The notes beneath the pieces are model-generated. The model did not search any database. It was not told where the DNA came from and worked only from the letters and a program-made list of their open reading frames with translations. A program made the position numbers and the translations under genes. A stretch of DNA of 62,473 nt, filler included, from Deltaproteobacteria bacterium (GTDB taxonomy: Bacteria; JAUYMQ01), in assembly GCA_030698575.1 (NCBI GenBank). It is 11 parts of 11 records of this genome, joined end to end, with 100 filler letters (N's around TTAATTAATTAA, not from the genome) between each part and the next. Parts side by side here need not be neighbours in the genome. Positions count along the whole stretch, not along the records: positions 6,947 to 12,411 come from JAUYMQ010000202.1; positions 12,512 to 15,830 come from JAUYMQ010000213.1; positions 15,931 to 28,578 come from JAUYMQ010000219.1; 8 more parts are not named here. One strand, given 5' to 3'. Below are positions 10,873-21,161 of the stretch, in pieces; position 1 is the first letter of the stretch; every line of letters begins with the position of its first letter.

Positions 10873-11388
10873 ATGCGATCAGCAACCCGGTACAACTCGG
10901 AACGGGGGTTCACGCTTATCGAGCTCATCATTGTCATCGCGATCATCACCGCGCTGGCCTCGATGTTCCTCCCCAAGTATCTCGATGCCCAGCGGCGATC
11001 CGACCTCGCGATCGCCCAGGCGGCGCTGGCGACGCTGCGGACGGCCGTCGTGATCTACAGGCAGGACACCGGCGTCTATCCTAACGGCACGGCGGACCTC
11101 ACCACCACCGCAAACTGGAACAACTTCCTGCTGACGGATCCGGGGGTGGCCGGGTGGAAGGGTGCCTACACCGACAGGATCACCAATGACCCCTGGGGCA
11201 ATGCCTATGTCTTCGGCAACCACTTCGACGAAACGGCGGATGGCGATCCCATTTCGCATCTTTTCAGCGGGGGGCCGAACGGCGTGGTCGATACGGTTGA
11301 CTTCAGCGTCGACGCCCCCGGCGGTGACGACCTCGTCCTCTATCTCGAGGGTCAGAAGGGCGCTGGTGGCGGCGGTGGCGGCCTGTAG
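10873..11388 (+). CDS. gspG: Major pseudopilin GspG-like
   Basis: Class III signal GFTLIELIIV, DTGVYP, WKGAY, DPWGNAY, SGGPNG. Confidence 0.85.
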   Translation: MRSATRYNSERGFTLIELIIVIAIITALASMFLPKYLDAQRRSDLAIAQAALATLRTAVVIYRQDTGVYPNGTADLTTTANWNNFLLTDPGVAGWKGAYTDRITNDPWGNAYVFGNHFDETADGDPISHLFSGGPNGVVDTVDFSVDAPGGDDLVLYLEGQKGAGGGGGGL

Positions 11389-11803
11389 GAGCGGAAGTGA
11401 GGGCTTCTCCCTGCTCGAGCTGCTCGCCGTGCTCTCCATCCTGGCGGGCGGGGCGACTTTGCTTCTGCCGCGCATAGCCGATCGGCAGGCGGATCTCGTC
11501 CTTCGCGCTGAAACGAAGCGCGTGGGACGGCTGATTCGTTTGACGCAGGCCGAAGCGCTGGCAAGGCACGCCGACGCCTCGGTCGCAGCCGACGTGGTGG
11601 AGGACACCCTCGTCATCGGGCAGGACAAGCTCGTCGAGAAGTTGCGGGTCGACCTGGTCGCGGTCGATCCGCCTGGCGCTCTGGTCTTCTCCTTCGACGG
11701 GGGGCCTTCGGCCGAGACCACGTACACCCTCTCCGATCCCGAGGGAAGGACGACCACGGTGAAGGTGTCGGCAGGCACCGGTCACGTGGTCTACGGCCCA
11801 TGA
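11366..11803 (+). CDS. Minor pseudopilin (GspH/FimT-like)
   Basis: GFSLLELLAVL prepilin motif, FSFDG; start uncertain (GTG). Confidence 0.75.
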   Translation: MAAVAACRSGSEGFSLLELLAVLSILAGGATLLLPRIADRQADLVLRAETKRVGRLIRLTQAEALARHADASVAADVVEDTLVIGQDKLVEKLRVDLVAVDPPGALVFSFDGGPSAETTYTLSDPEGRTTTVKVSAGTGHVVYGP

Positions 11804-12174
11804 CGGCTCGCCCCGCGGGGTTCGCACTGCTGGACGTCCTGATCGCCCTCGCCATCCTCGGGGGGGCGCTCGTGACCATTCAGCTGGCCATGACCGGCGC
11901 GCTCGTTCATCAAACGGTGCGCCAGCAGGAGGCGATCGCGCTCGGACTGTCGCAGGAGACAGTGGAGCGCGTTCTTCCCACGCCGCCCGCGCCCATGCCG
12001 GTCGATGAGGCGGAAGCACCTTTTCCTGAGCCCTTCGAGAGGTTCACGGGGGAAGTCCTGGTGGCCGACTGGGAGGGCAAGCCCGATTTGAAGGAAGTAA
12101 CCGTCATCATCCGCTGGAAGGGGGTGCGCGGTGACGAGTCCTACCGCCTCCACACGCTTGCCGCGTCCTACTGA
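11800..12174 (+). CDS. Minor pseudopilin (GspI/PilV-like)
   Basis: GFALLDVLIALAIL prepilin motif, EVTVIIRW; ATGA overlap with the previous gene. Confidence 0.75.
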   Translation: MTARPAGFALLDVLIALAILGGALVTIQLAMTGALVHQTVRQQEAIALGLSQETVERVLPTPPAPMPVDEAEAPFPEPFERFTGEVLVADWEGKPDLKEVTVIIRWKGVRGDESYRLHTLAASY

Positions 12175-12205
12175 GAGATCGCGCGCCGCCACCCTTCGAA
12201 CCCGG

Positions 12206-12411
12206 ATGGGTCGTGACGCCGGTTTCACGCTGCTGGAAGTGGTGATTGCAGGCGCGCTCACGGCGACGCTGCTCATCGTGCTCGCGCAAGCGCTCGTGAA
12301 GGGAATGGCCACCTACAATCAGCAGGAGATCAGGGCCGAGCTTTACCAGATGGGGCGCGTGGCGCTCGATCGGACCACGCGGGATCTGCGCGCCGGAGGG
12401 CTGCCGGTGGT
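12206..12411 (+). CDS. Minor pseudopilin (GspJ/PilW-like), 3' truncated
   Basis: GFTLLEVVIA ... RVALDRTTRDLRAG. Confidence 0.75.
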
Positions 12412-12511
12412 NNNNNNNNNNNNNNNNNNNNNNNNNNNNNNNNNNNNNNNNNNNNTTAATTAATTAANNNNNNNNNNNNNNNNNNNNNNNNNNNNNNNNN
12501 NNNNNNNNNNN

Positions 12512-15493
12512 GTGGCCCTGAAAGAAGCGGGGCTCGGCTTCAGCGCGACCGGGCGGAACGCTTCGACGGCCATCGCCTGGTTGCCCACCGCGGGCAACGA
12601 GGCCGTGGCGTCGAGCCCGCTCGTGGCAGAACCACCCAAAGCCCGGTCCACAATCACGATCGCTCCCTGGAGGATCACGGCGTACCGGCTCTCGCCCGAA
12701 CGAACCGTCGATCTTCTCTGCGCCTGCGTGGGAAGGGAAACGCTGGCGCCCGGCGTCGTCGTCGGGGCGGACCTGGCGTTCTGGGCGACCGCCATGCGTT
12801 TGGCGGGCGCGACGGTCGCGCGGCAGAAGTTCCTGCCCGACGTGGTGATGGAAAACGGCACCTGCTACGCCCGCTGGAAGCCCGTTCTCGCCGGTCCCGG
12901 CGCGCAGGCGTTGGGAAAGCTCGCCGGAGCCATGCCGGCCGTCGCGCGGGCGCTCACGCTCGAAGGGGCCTCGCCGCCGGACCTGGCGCCGGCCGCCGTG
13001 GCATCAGAATTCATCGCCTGCATCGTTGACTCCCTCGTCCGGGCGACGACCTTGCCGCGCCCCGGAGCCGTCCGGCCCGTGCGCCCTCGAAAGCCGCAAC
13101 GCACGCGGGCCGGCTTCGAGAGCATCCACGATCAGTGGCTGCATGCCTTGTGTGCCGCGGACGGCACCCTGGAGGGCGATCCCAAAGCGCTGGCCGATTT
13201 CGCTCTCCAGGTTCGGGAATGGCAGCGCCCCGTCGCCGTCTCCACGGCCGCGCCCTTCCGGCTTTCCTTCCGCCTCGAGGAACCGGCGGATGAGGGAGAT
13301 CCCCGCGGAAGCGTCCACCCCGGGCAAGAGCCCTGGTACGTCCGCTACCTGATGCAGGCCACGGACGATCCGAGCCTGCTCATCGCAGCCGAGGAAGTAT
13401 GGAACGCCAGGGGAGTAAATGCCTCGGTCCTTAAACGGAAGGGATTCGACGCGAAGGAATACCTGCTGCTGTCGCTGGGCCAGGCGTCGGGGATCTGCCC
13501 TCGGATCGAAACCAGTCTCGAGACCGCCGCGCCGGGAGGCTACGAGGTCGACGCAACCGGCGCACACGAGTTCTTGACCGACAGAGCCGCGGCGCTGGAG
13601 CAGGCCGGTTTCGGCGTCATGCTGCCGTCCTGGTGGACGCGCAAGGGAACGAAGCTTCGCCTGAGCACGCGGGCCAATGTGAAAAGCCCCAAGATGCAGG
13701 GGGGCGACGGGTTGTCCCTGAACGAGCTGGTCCGGTTCGATTATGAGGTGGCCCTCGGCGATGAGAGACTCTCGTACGAAGAGCTTCAGATGCTGGCAAA
13801 GCTCAAAACGCCCCTGGTCAACGTGCGCGGCCAGTGGGTGCAGATGAGCGCCGGGGAGATCCAGGCGACCCTCGACTTGTGGAAGAAGAAGGGCGTCGGT
13901 CAAACCACCGTGCGCGAGGTCATCCAGATGGCTTTGGGGGCCGCGCCGGGACCGGTCGCCTTCGACGGCGTCACCGCCGAAGGTTGGATCGCCGATCTGC
14001 TCGCCCAGCTTGACGGACGTGATGCCTTCGAGGAGATCGCTCCGCCGGAACAATTCAGCGGCGTGCTGCGCCCCTACCAGGCGCGAGGTTACTCGTGGCT
14101 CTCCTTCCTGCGAAGGTGGGGCCTGGGTGCCTGCCTGGCCGACGACATGGGGCTGGGAAAAACCGTTCAGACGTTGGCGCTCGTTCAGCGCGATTGGCAT
14201 GCGAACGGCAGGCGGCCGGTGCTGCTCATCTGTCCCATGTCCGTCGTCGGCAACTGGCAGAAGGAGGCAGCCCGCTTCACGCCCGAGCTGCCGGTCATGG
14301 TGCACCACGGCGTGACCCGAGCGAAGGGCGCGGCCTTCAAGAAGGAGGCGCGCAAGCAGGCTATGGTCATCTCCAGTTACGCACTGATGCACCGGGATTT
14401 CGAGATCCTGAAAGGCGTCCGCTGGGCCGGCGTCGTGCTCGACGAGGCACAGAACGTCAAGAACCCGGAGACCAAGCAGGCCAGGGTGGCTCGGGCGATC
14501 GAGGCGGACTACCGCATCGCGCTGACCGGCACGCCGGTAGAGAACAACGTGGGCGATCTATGGTCGATCATGGAATTCCTGAACCCCGGGTTCCTCGGCA
14601 CGCAGGCCGAGTTCAAGAGAACGTTCTTTGTTCCCATCCAGGCGAATCGTGACGCCGAAGCGGCCCGCCGGCTCAAGCGTATCACCGGGCCGTTCATTCT
14701 CCGCCGGCTCAAGACGGACAAATCCGTCATCGCCGATCTGCCCGATAAGCTCGAGATGAAGGTTTTCTGCACGCTCACGAAGGAGCAGGCCTCGCTCTAT
14801 GCCGCCGTGGTCGCGGAAGCGGAGAAGACCCTGGATTCCGCGATGGGCATTCAGCGCAAGGGGATTGTCCTGGCCACGCTGTCGAAGCTCAAGCAGGTAT
14901 GCAATCACCCGGCCCAGTTCCTGGGTGACAACTCCCCCCTCGACGGCCGCTCGGGCAAGCTCGCCCGCCTCTCCGAGATGCTGGATGAGATCATCGCGGC
15001 CGGTGACCGCGCGCTGGTGTTCACGCAATTCGCCGAGATGGGTGAGCTCCTCCGGCGCCACCTGCAGGAGACGTTCGGCCGCGAAGTCTTGTTCCTGTAC
15101 GGCGGCACACCGAAACAGCAACGGGACCGCATGGTCGAACGCTTCCAGGCCGAAGGCCGGGGACCGAGCACCTTCATTCTATCCCTCAAGGCCGGGGGGA
15201 CGGGACTGAACCTGACCCGGGCGAACCACGTGTTCCATTTCGACCGCTGGTGGAACCCGGCCGTGGAGAACCAGGCCACGGACCGGGCGTTTCGAATCGG
15301 CCAGACGAGGAACGTTCAGGTTCACAAGTTCCTGTGCGTGGGCACGCTGGAAGAACGAATCGACGAGATGATCGAGCGCAAGAAGGAGCTGGCCGAGAAG
15401 GTGGTCGGCACCGGCGAGGGCTGGCTGACCGAGCTTTCGACGGCCGAGCTGAAGGAGCTATTAAAGCTCAGCAAGGAAGCGGTGGCGGCGTAG
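12512..15493 (+). CDS. SNF2-family helicase (DUF3670-type N-terminus), 5' truncated
   Basis: LRPYQ, LADDMGLGKT, LDEAQNVKN, LTGTPVEN, SLKAGGTGLNL, WWNPAVENQATDRAFRIGQ. Confidence 0.93.
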   Translation: MALKEAGLGFSATGRNASTAIAWLPTAGNEAVASSPLVAEPPKARSTITIAPWRITAYRLSPERTVDLLCACVGRETLAPGVVVGADLAFWATAMRLAGATVARQKFLPDVVMENGTCYARWKPVLAGPGAQALGKLAGAMPAVARALTLEGASPPDLAPAAVASEFIACIVDSLVRATTLPRPGAVRPVRPRKPQRTRAGFESIHDQWLHALCAADGTLEGDPKALADFALQVREWQRPVAVSTAAPFRLSFRLEEPADEGDPRGSVHPGQEPWYVRYLMQATDDPSLLIAAEEVWNARGVNASVLKRKGFDAKEYLLLSLGQASGICPRIETSLETAAPGGYEVDATGAHEFLTDRAAALEQAGFGVMLPSWWTRKGTKLRLSTRANVKSPKMQGGDGLSLNELVRFDYEVALGDERLSYEELQMLAKLKTPLVNVRGQWVQMSAGEIQATLDLWKKKGVGQTTVREVIQMALGAAPGPVAFDGVTAEGWIADLLAQLDGRDAFEEIAPPEQFSGVLRPYQARGYSWLSFLRRWGLGACLADDMGLGKTVQTLALVQRDWHANGRRPVLLICPMSVVGNWQKEAARFTPELPVMVHHGVTRAKGAAFKKEARKQAMVISSYALMHRDFEILKGVRWAGVVLDEAQNVKNPETKQARVARAIEADYRIALTGTPVENNVGDLWSIMEFLNPGFLGTQAEFKRTFFVPIQANRDAEAARRLKRITGPFILRRLKTDKSVIADLPDKLEMKVFCTLTKEQASLYAAVVAEAEKTLDSAMGIQRKGIVLATLSKLKQVCNHPAQFLGDNSPLDGRSGKLARLSEMLDEIIAAGDRALVFTQFAEMGELLRRHLQETFGREVLFLYGGTPKQQRDRMVERFQAEGRGPSTFILSLKAGGTGLNLTRANHVFHFDRWWNPAVENQATDRAFRIGQTRNVQVHKFLCVGTLEERIDEMIERKKELAEKVVGTGEGWLTELSTAELKELLKLSKEAVAA

Positions 15494-15494
15494 C

Positions 15495-15830
15495 ATGGCG
15501 AAGAAGCAAAAGACAGAGCGAGACGCCCGATGGGCTGAGGCGAAGCGCAAGTGCCGCCTCGACGGAGTCGGCCCCTCGCAAACCATACCCGCATCGCGGG
15601 CGGAACCGCGGGACGATTTCATCCCGTGCGCCCCTGATGCGCGCTTTCAAGATCAGCGTCCGATGTCCTTCTCGGAGGAGGTGCCTCCCGGCGATTTCGG
15701 TGAGGACACGTTCCGGGATCTCGGAGGAGGCGGCCGCTTCGACGAGACCACGCCGGGTGCGGAGCAGATCGCCGAGGAAAATCGCCTCCTGGTTCGGCGC
15801 CGGAACGACTTTCGGCTGGCGGCCGACCGG
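15495..15830 (+). CDS. Hypothetical protein, 3' truncated
   Basis: ATG 1 bp after the SNF2 stop; open to the contig end. Confidence 0.55.
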
Positions 15831-15930
15831 NNNNNNNNNNNNNNNNNNNNNNNNNNNNNNNNNNNNNNNNNNNNTTAATTAATTAANNNNNNNNNNNNNN
15901 NNNNNNNNNNNNNNNNNNNNNNNNNNNNNN

Positions 15931-18258
15931 CGGGCCAAAGCCGAGAGAGCCCTTGCAGAAAACGAGATGCGCCTTCGTGCCATCTTCGCATCGGCGCTCG
16001 ACCCCGTGATCACCACTAACGCGGACGGGATCGTCCAGGCGGCCAGCGACTCGGTCGAACGGTGCTTCGGCTGGCATCCGCGGGAGACCTTTGGGAAGAG
16101 CATCGATCGTCTCTTCTACGAAGGGTTCCACCGCGAGTATCAGCAGGACCCCGATTCCCCTCTGCCTGCGGAGGAGAGCGGGCTCCTGGGCCATACACGG
16201 GAGATCGTCGCGCTCCGGAACGACGGCTCCAGCTTTCCGTGCGAGATCTCGGTCTCCAGGGTCACGCTGCCGGGCCAGGCGGGCACCCTCTTCACGACCA
16301 TCATCCGCGACATCACCGAGCGCCGTCGGTCGGAGGAGCAGCGCCGGCAGCTCGTCGAGCTGATCGAGCACAGCCCGGATCTCATCGGGCTCGCGTCGAT
16401 CGAGGGCAAGGCGCTTTACGTCAACCGTGCAGGTCGGGAAATGGTCGGACTGGGGCCAGCCGCAGAGGTGAAACGGACCACACTGTCCGACTATATCCTT
16501 CCGGAGGATCGTAGCGAGTTCAGCAATTCCGTTCTCTCTCGGGTAATCTCCGGCGGCGGCTACGTAGAGAAGGAATTCCGATTGCGTAATTTCATGACCG
16601 GAGAAGCCATACCGGCGCAGGGAAAGTTGTTTCTCATCAAAGACAGCGCGACGGGGGAGCCGGTCGCCCTCGCCACGGTCACCTCCGACATCCGGAGCCG
16701 CAAGAAGGCGGAAGCGGATCTTCGAGCGTCCGAGGCGCTGTTCCGGCAGTTCGTGGAGAGCCTGCCCCTGGGAATCGTCGTCCACTGTGACGGCCAGATC
16801 GTCTACGCCAACCTCTCGGCCGCGAGGCTGGTCGGCGAGGCGCGCGCCGAGGATCTTCTGGGCCGGGCGGTCATCGAATTCATCCATCCCGAGGACCACC
16901 ATCGCTCCAGGGCGAGGATACGCGCCATGCTGGAGAGCGGAGCGGCTGCGCCGCTTGCCGAGATCACGCTGCTGGCCCGAGACGGACGGCAGTTCACGGC
17001 CGAGATGCACACCCGCCTGATCGATTTCGAGGGACAGCGGGCCATCCTGGGCGTGTTCATGGACGTGACCGAGCGGAGGCAGATGCAGGCGCGGCTCCTC
17101 CAGGCCGACCGGCTCGCTTCCGTTGGCCTGCTTGCCGCGGGCGTCGCCCACGAGATGAACAACCCGCTCAGCTACGTGATCGCCAACCTCGACTTCGTGA
17201 CCGAGCACCTGTCGCGTCGGAAGGCCCGGGATCCGGAATCGGCGGAGCCCCCGGTGGATGCCGCCTCCCTGGAGGAACTGGAAGAGATCCTGCGCGAGGC
17301 CCGCAGCGGGGCGGAGCGCGTGAAGGTCATTGTCAAGGATCTCAGGACCTTTTCGAGAACGGACGAGGAGACGGGCACCCCCACCGATCTGCACCCGGTG
17401 CTCGAGTCGACCGTCAACATGGCCTTCAAGGCCATCCGGACCGAGGCGCGGATCGTCAAGGACTACGGGAAGACCCCGCTCGTGGCGGGCAACGAGGCCC
17501 GTCTCGGGCAGGTCTTCATGAACCTGCTCCAGAACGCGGCCCAGGCGCTCGACAGCGCGAGGCCCGGGGGGAACGAGATCCGGCTGTCGACCCGCACGGA
17601 CGACAGCGGGCGGGCCTGCATCGAGATCAGCGACACGGGACAGGGGATCGACGAGATGACCCTTCCCCGCGTCTTCGACCCGTTCTTCACGACGAAGCCG
17701 GTGGGGCTCGGCACCGGGCTGGGCCTTTCGATCTGCCGGAACCTGCTAGAAGCGCTCGGCGGGGAGATCTCGATCACCAGCCGCCCCGGCGAGGGGACGA
17801 CCGTCCGCGTGCTCCTGCCTGCGGCGGAGGCCGTGGCGCCCGCCCGATCCCGGCCCGGAGAAGCGCCCTCCGGCGCCCCCCTCCCGCGGTCCCGCGTGCT
17901 CGTCGTGGACGATGATCCTGCGCTGGGCGCCAGCCTGAAACGGGGACTCGCGGAATTTCACGACGTCGACGTCGTCGTGGGGGGCGACGAGGCCATCGCG
18001 CTTCTGCGGGAGAATCCGGCTTTCGATGTGATTCTCTGCGACGTCATGATGCCCGGCAGAAGCGGCGGCGAGGTATACGAGACGCTTCGCGCGGAAAAGC
18101 CGGAGCTGGCTCAGCGATTCGTCTTCATGACCGGCGGCGCGTTCACCGAGAAAGCCCGGCTGTTCCTCGAACGGGTGGACAACCCCGTCATCGAGAAGCC
18201 CTTCGACCTCGCGCACATCCGCACCTTCCTCGGCACCTTCGCGCGGCACCGGGCCTGA
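15931..18258 (+). CDS. Hybrid sensor kinase (3 PAS, HisKA, HATPase, REC), 5' truncated
   Basis: PAS/PAC ends (RDITE, SDIRS, MDVTE), AHEMNNPL, QVFMNLLQNA, FFTTKPVGLGTGLGL, C-terminal receiver. Confidence 0.92.
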   Translation, partial: RAKAERALAENEMRLRAIFASALDPVITTNADGIVQAASDSVERCFGWHPRETFGKSIDRLFYEGFHREYQQDPDSPLPAEESGLLGHTREIVALRNDGSSFPCEISVSRVTLPGQAGTLFTTIIRDITERRRSEEQRRQLVELIEHSPDLIGLASIEGKALYVNRAGREMVGLGPAAEVKRTTLSDYILPEDRSEFSNSVLSRVISGGGYVEKEFRLRNFMTGEAIPAQGKLFLIKDSATGEPVALATVTSDIRSRKKAEADLRASEALFRQFVESLPLGIVVHCDGQIVYANLSAARLVGEARAEDLLGRAVIEFIHPEDHHRSRARIRAMLESGAAAPLAEITLLARDGRQFTAEMHTRLIDFEGQRAILGVFMDVTERRQMQARLLQADRLASVGLLAAGVAHEMNNPLSYVIANLDFVTEHLSRRKARDPESAEPPVDAASLEELEEILREARSGAERVKVIVKDLRTFSRTDEETGTPTDLHPVLESTVNMAFKAIRTEARIVKDYGKTPLVAGNEARLGQVFMNLLQNAAQALDSARPGGNEIRLSTRTDDSGRACIEISDTGQGIDEMTLPRVFDPFFTTKPVGLGTGLGLSICRNLLEALGGEISITSRPGEGTTVRVLLPAAEAVAPARSRPGEAPSGAPLPRSRVLVVDDDPALGASLKRGLAEFHDVDVVVGGDEAIALLRENPAFDVILCDVMMPGRSGGEVYETLRAEKPELAQRFVFMTGGAFTEKARLFLERVDNPVIEKPFDLAHIRTFLGTFARHRA

Positions 18259-18443
18259 CGCCCCATCCCGCCCGCTCCCGCGGGGGCTGATTCGGGAAGG
18301 GCCCTGCCTCTGATCGCGCTTGCGACCCCGCGCCGCGGGGTGCTATAGCTCCCCCGACCCGCGCGCCCTGATCACGCATCGGCGGACCGGCCCCCAGGGC
18401 AGGCCCGCCTTCACCTCTCCCTTTGATTCCAAAGGTTTACGCC

Positions 18444-20159
18444 ATGCGGGGGACATCCCTGCCCAAGCGAGTGACCAGCCTGGTCGGCCTCGTCGCGTTC
18501 TTGAACGCGCTCATCGTGGCCCCCCTCGCGCATGCATCCCTCACCGGCGATCTCATCACGCTCGGCAACCGCCACTATCTCAGCGGCGAGATGCCCGAGG
18601 CAGAGGAGTCCTACCAGAAGGCGCTCGGCGTCCGGCGCGAAGATCCCGTTGCTCACTACAACCTGGGCGTGGTTCTCTTCGAGACGGGAAACCTCGACGG
18701 GGCGCTGACACACTTCGAGCGATCCGCCTTCGCGGACCCCGCCCGCCCCGAAGCCTGGAACAACCTCGCAATCGTGCTCTGCGCGAAGGGGTATCTCGAT
18801 CAGGCGGAGAGCGCGGCCAGGCGGGCACTCGAGAGCGATCCCGCGTTTGCCCCGGCCTACAACAATCTGGGCCTTGTGCTGGATGCCCTCAAACGACTGC
18901 CGGAGGCGCGGGAGTCGTTCGTGAACGCCGTGGGCATCGAACCGGGCCTGGCGGAAGCACAGAACAACCTTGGTGCCGCCCTGGCGCGCTCCGGTGAACT
19001 CGAGACAGCCCGGGCCGCTTTCGACCGCGGGATCCTCGCGGACGACCGGGTTGCCTACCTCTATTTCAACCGCGGGCTCCTCTCCCTCCGGAATGGCGAC
19101 TACCGGGAGGCCCTGCGGGACTGGGAGCGCGCGCGACGGCTCGACCCGAACGCCGCGCCGGATTTCGTGATCGCCAGCGTGGCGCTGCAGGGGGGCGACT
19201 ACGAGAAGGCCATCAGCCACTTCGAATCGGTCGACCCCGGGGGGCCGAAGCCCTCGACCCCCGTCGACCTCGACGACTTCAAGCCGCTCTTCGCTCCCTC
19301 CGGGATCGATGACCCCCGCATCCGGAAGGCCCTCGGCCAGAAGCACCGGGACGGGCGCGGGGCGCCTCCGGCGGCCGCTGCGGAAAAGCCGGTGGATCCC
19401 AAACGGCTCTCGAAGGACTATGCGGATCTGGGCCAGGTGAGCTTCGATCGCGGCCTGGATGAGCGCGCGGAGGAGCTGCTCGCCGACGCAATCCGGCTGG
19501 ATCCGGACAACCTCGCGGCGCGGGAGGCGCTGGGAAGCGTGTACCTCAAGCGGGGGCGAGCCGAGGAGGCTGTCATCGTCCTCGAGCCGCTCGCAGAGCT
19601 ACCCGATGTCCGGGCCGACCAGCTCGTGCTGCTCGCCGACGCCCGCTCTGAGGCCAATCAGTTGCCGGAGGCGATGCGGCTCTACGAGCGCGCCGCCCTG
19701 CTCGATCCCGGCAACGCCAAGGCGCGCATCGGCCTGGGATGGATCCAGTTCCGCGCCAACCAGAGAGAGGTGGGGATTAAGACGATCCGCCAGGGCGTCG
19801 CTCTCGCACCCAAGGACTCCTACGGACGCGTGATGCTCGCCGATACGCTGCAAATCGCCGACAAGCCGGAGCCGGCCGAGCGCGAATACCGGCGGGCGCT
19901 GCGCGCTAACCCGCGGGACGCTCGGGCGCATGCCCACTATGCAAGTTTCCTCGTCTCCCAGTCGCGCTTCAGCGAGGCCCAGGAGCACTACGGAAAGGCC
20001 CTCGAGTTCGATCCGGACGCGGACGACGTGGCCGAGGAGATGGAGCGCCTCCGCACACGCAAGAAGGCCAAAATCAGCAACATCTGGGAAGGGATCGTGA
20101 TCATGCCGCTGCTGCCGTTCATCGGGATTGCAGGCCTGATGCACAAGGTGTCGAAGTGA
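18444..20159 (+). CDS. Secreted/periplasmic TPR-repeat protein
   Basis: Signal peptide (AHA) and many AxxNLG TPR units. Confidence 0.85.
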   Translation: MRGTSLPKRVTSLVGLVAFLNALIVAPLAHASLTGDLITLGNRHYLSGEMPEAEESYQKALGVRREDPVAHYNLGVVLFETGNLDGALTHFERSAFADPARPEAWNNLAIVLCAKGYLDQAESAARRALESDPAFAPAYNNLGLVLDALKRLPEARESFVNAVGIEPGLAEAQNNLGAALARSGELETARAAFDRGILADDRVAYLYFNRGLLSLRNGDYREALRDWERARRLDPNAAPDFVIASVALQGGDYEKAISHFESVDPGGPKPSTPVDLDDFKPLFAPSGIDDPRIRKALGQKHRDGRGAPPAAAAEKPVDPKRLSKDYADLGQVSFDRGLDERAEELLADAIRLDPDNLAAREALGSVYLKRGRAEEAVIVLEPLAELPDVRADQLVLLADARSEANQLPEAMRLYERAALLDPGNAKARIGLGWIQFRANQREVGIKTIRQGVALAPKDSYGRVMLADTLQIADKPEPAEREYRRALRANPRDARAHAHYASFLVSQSRFSEAQEHYGKALEFDPDADDVAEEMERLRTRKKAKISNIWEGIVIMPLLPFIGIAGLMHKVSK

Positions 20160-20749
20160 CCTCATTCTCACGCCTCATGCCGGGCCCCCTGGCGCTGATT
20201 CTCTGTGCGTTGGTAGCGCTCACAGGGTGCAAGACGTTCTTCCACCTGGATCCGCTCCGTTCTCCGGATGATTTCTATCCGCTGGCCATCGGAAACCGGT
20301 GGATCTACCAGGACTCGACGGGAACCGAGATCGAAGAGGTCATCACGGATCACATCGGTGAGTATTTCTACAACGGGAAGACTCGCCTGGGCACCGCGCA
20401 CGTGACGACGGGTGTCATGCAGGCAAACTTTCACAAGGGCATCGCCCGCTCCCCTCGCCATCTCATCAAGCTGCCTCTCACGATTGGCGCAATATGGACC
20501 GCAGAGGACCTGATCTACGAGGTCAGCGACACGAAGAAGCGCGTTCAGGTCCCAGCCGGAATCTTCGAGAACTGCCTCGAGATTCGTGTAAGGCACCGCC
20601 GGGAATTCGTCACGAACCGCGAGAAGGGGGCGATCGAGACCTACGTGACAGTCACCTTCGCCCCTGGCGTGGGCCCCGTCGAATGGGCGACGCGGCAGGG
20701 CAACCGCATCATCTACCGCAAACAGCTTCTGAGCTACTACCTCGCCTGA
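20156..20749 (+). CDS. Hypothetical lipoprotein
   Basis: LTGC lipobox; YPLAIGNRWIY, VQVPAGIFENC, FAPGVGPV pattern; GTGA overlap with the TPR gene. Confidence 0.7.
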   Translation: MTSFSRLMPGPLALILCALVALTGCKTFFHLDPLRSPDDFYPLAIGNRWIYQDSTGTEIEEVITDHIGEYFYNGKTRLGTAHVTTGVMQANFHKGIARSPRHLIKLPLTIGAIWTAEDLIYEVSDTKKRVQVPAGIFENCLEIRVRHRREFVTNREKGAIETYVTVTFAPGVGPVEWATRQGNRIIYRKQLLSYYLA

Positions 20750-20797
20750 CGCCGGGCACGGGCGCTTCGGCGTCAGCCGCGCGGTGCCCCTCCCGGG

Positions 20798-20851
20798 AAA
20801 AAGAAAAGCGCGCGGCACCGGGATCGACCGGCGCCGCGCGCTCTGTTTTTT
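20798..20851. terminator. Putative bidirectional intrinsic terminator
   Basis: GCGCGCGGCACCGG/CCGGCGCCGCGCGC hairpin flanked by an A-tract and a T-tract between convergent genes. Confidence 0.6.
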
Positions 20852-20882
20852 CCAGGACTCCGGCCTGCCGGCGCCCTCGGTG

Positions 20883-21161
20883 CTAGTGCATGTTCTCGAG
20901 ACTGTCGGGCGGCGTACGGGTGCTCATCTCGTCGTGCCCCGTGACCGTCTCGAGCGGCTCGTTGTTGAGCATCCAGTGAAACGGCCGGAAGACCAGCTGA
21001 TCCGCCACGAAGCCGGCGGCGTAGACGGGAATCGCCGCGAGCTTGAATGGATGAGTATTGAGGGAATCCTCGTAGTCGTCATGCGCCAGCGCCCCGACGG
21101 GGCTCACAACAACCGCCAGCAGGGCAACCGCCGCCAGAAATCCTATTCGCTTCCAGTTCAT
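20883..21161 (-). CDS. Small secreted hypothetical protein
   Basis: GGAGGA RBS, signal peptide ending ALA, HPFK...VFRPFHW core. Confidence 0.7.
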   Translation of the reverse strand: MNWKRIGFLAAVALLAVVVSPVGALAHDDYEDSLNTHPFKLAAIPVYAAGFVADQLVFRPFHWMLNNEPLETVTGHDEMSTRTPPDSLENMH

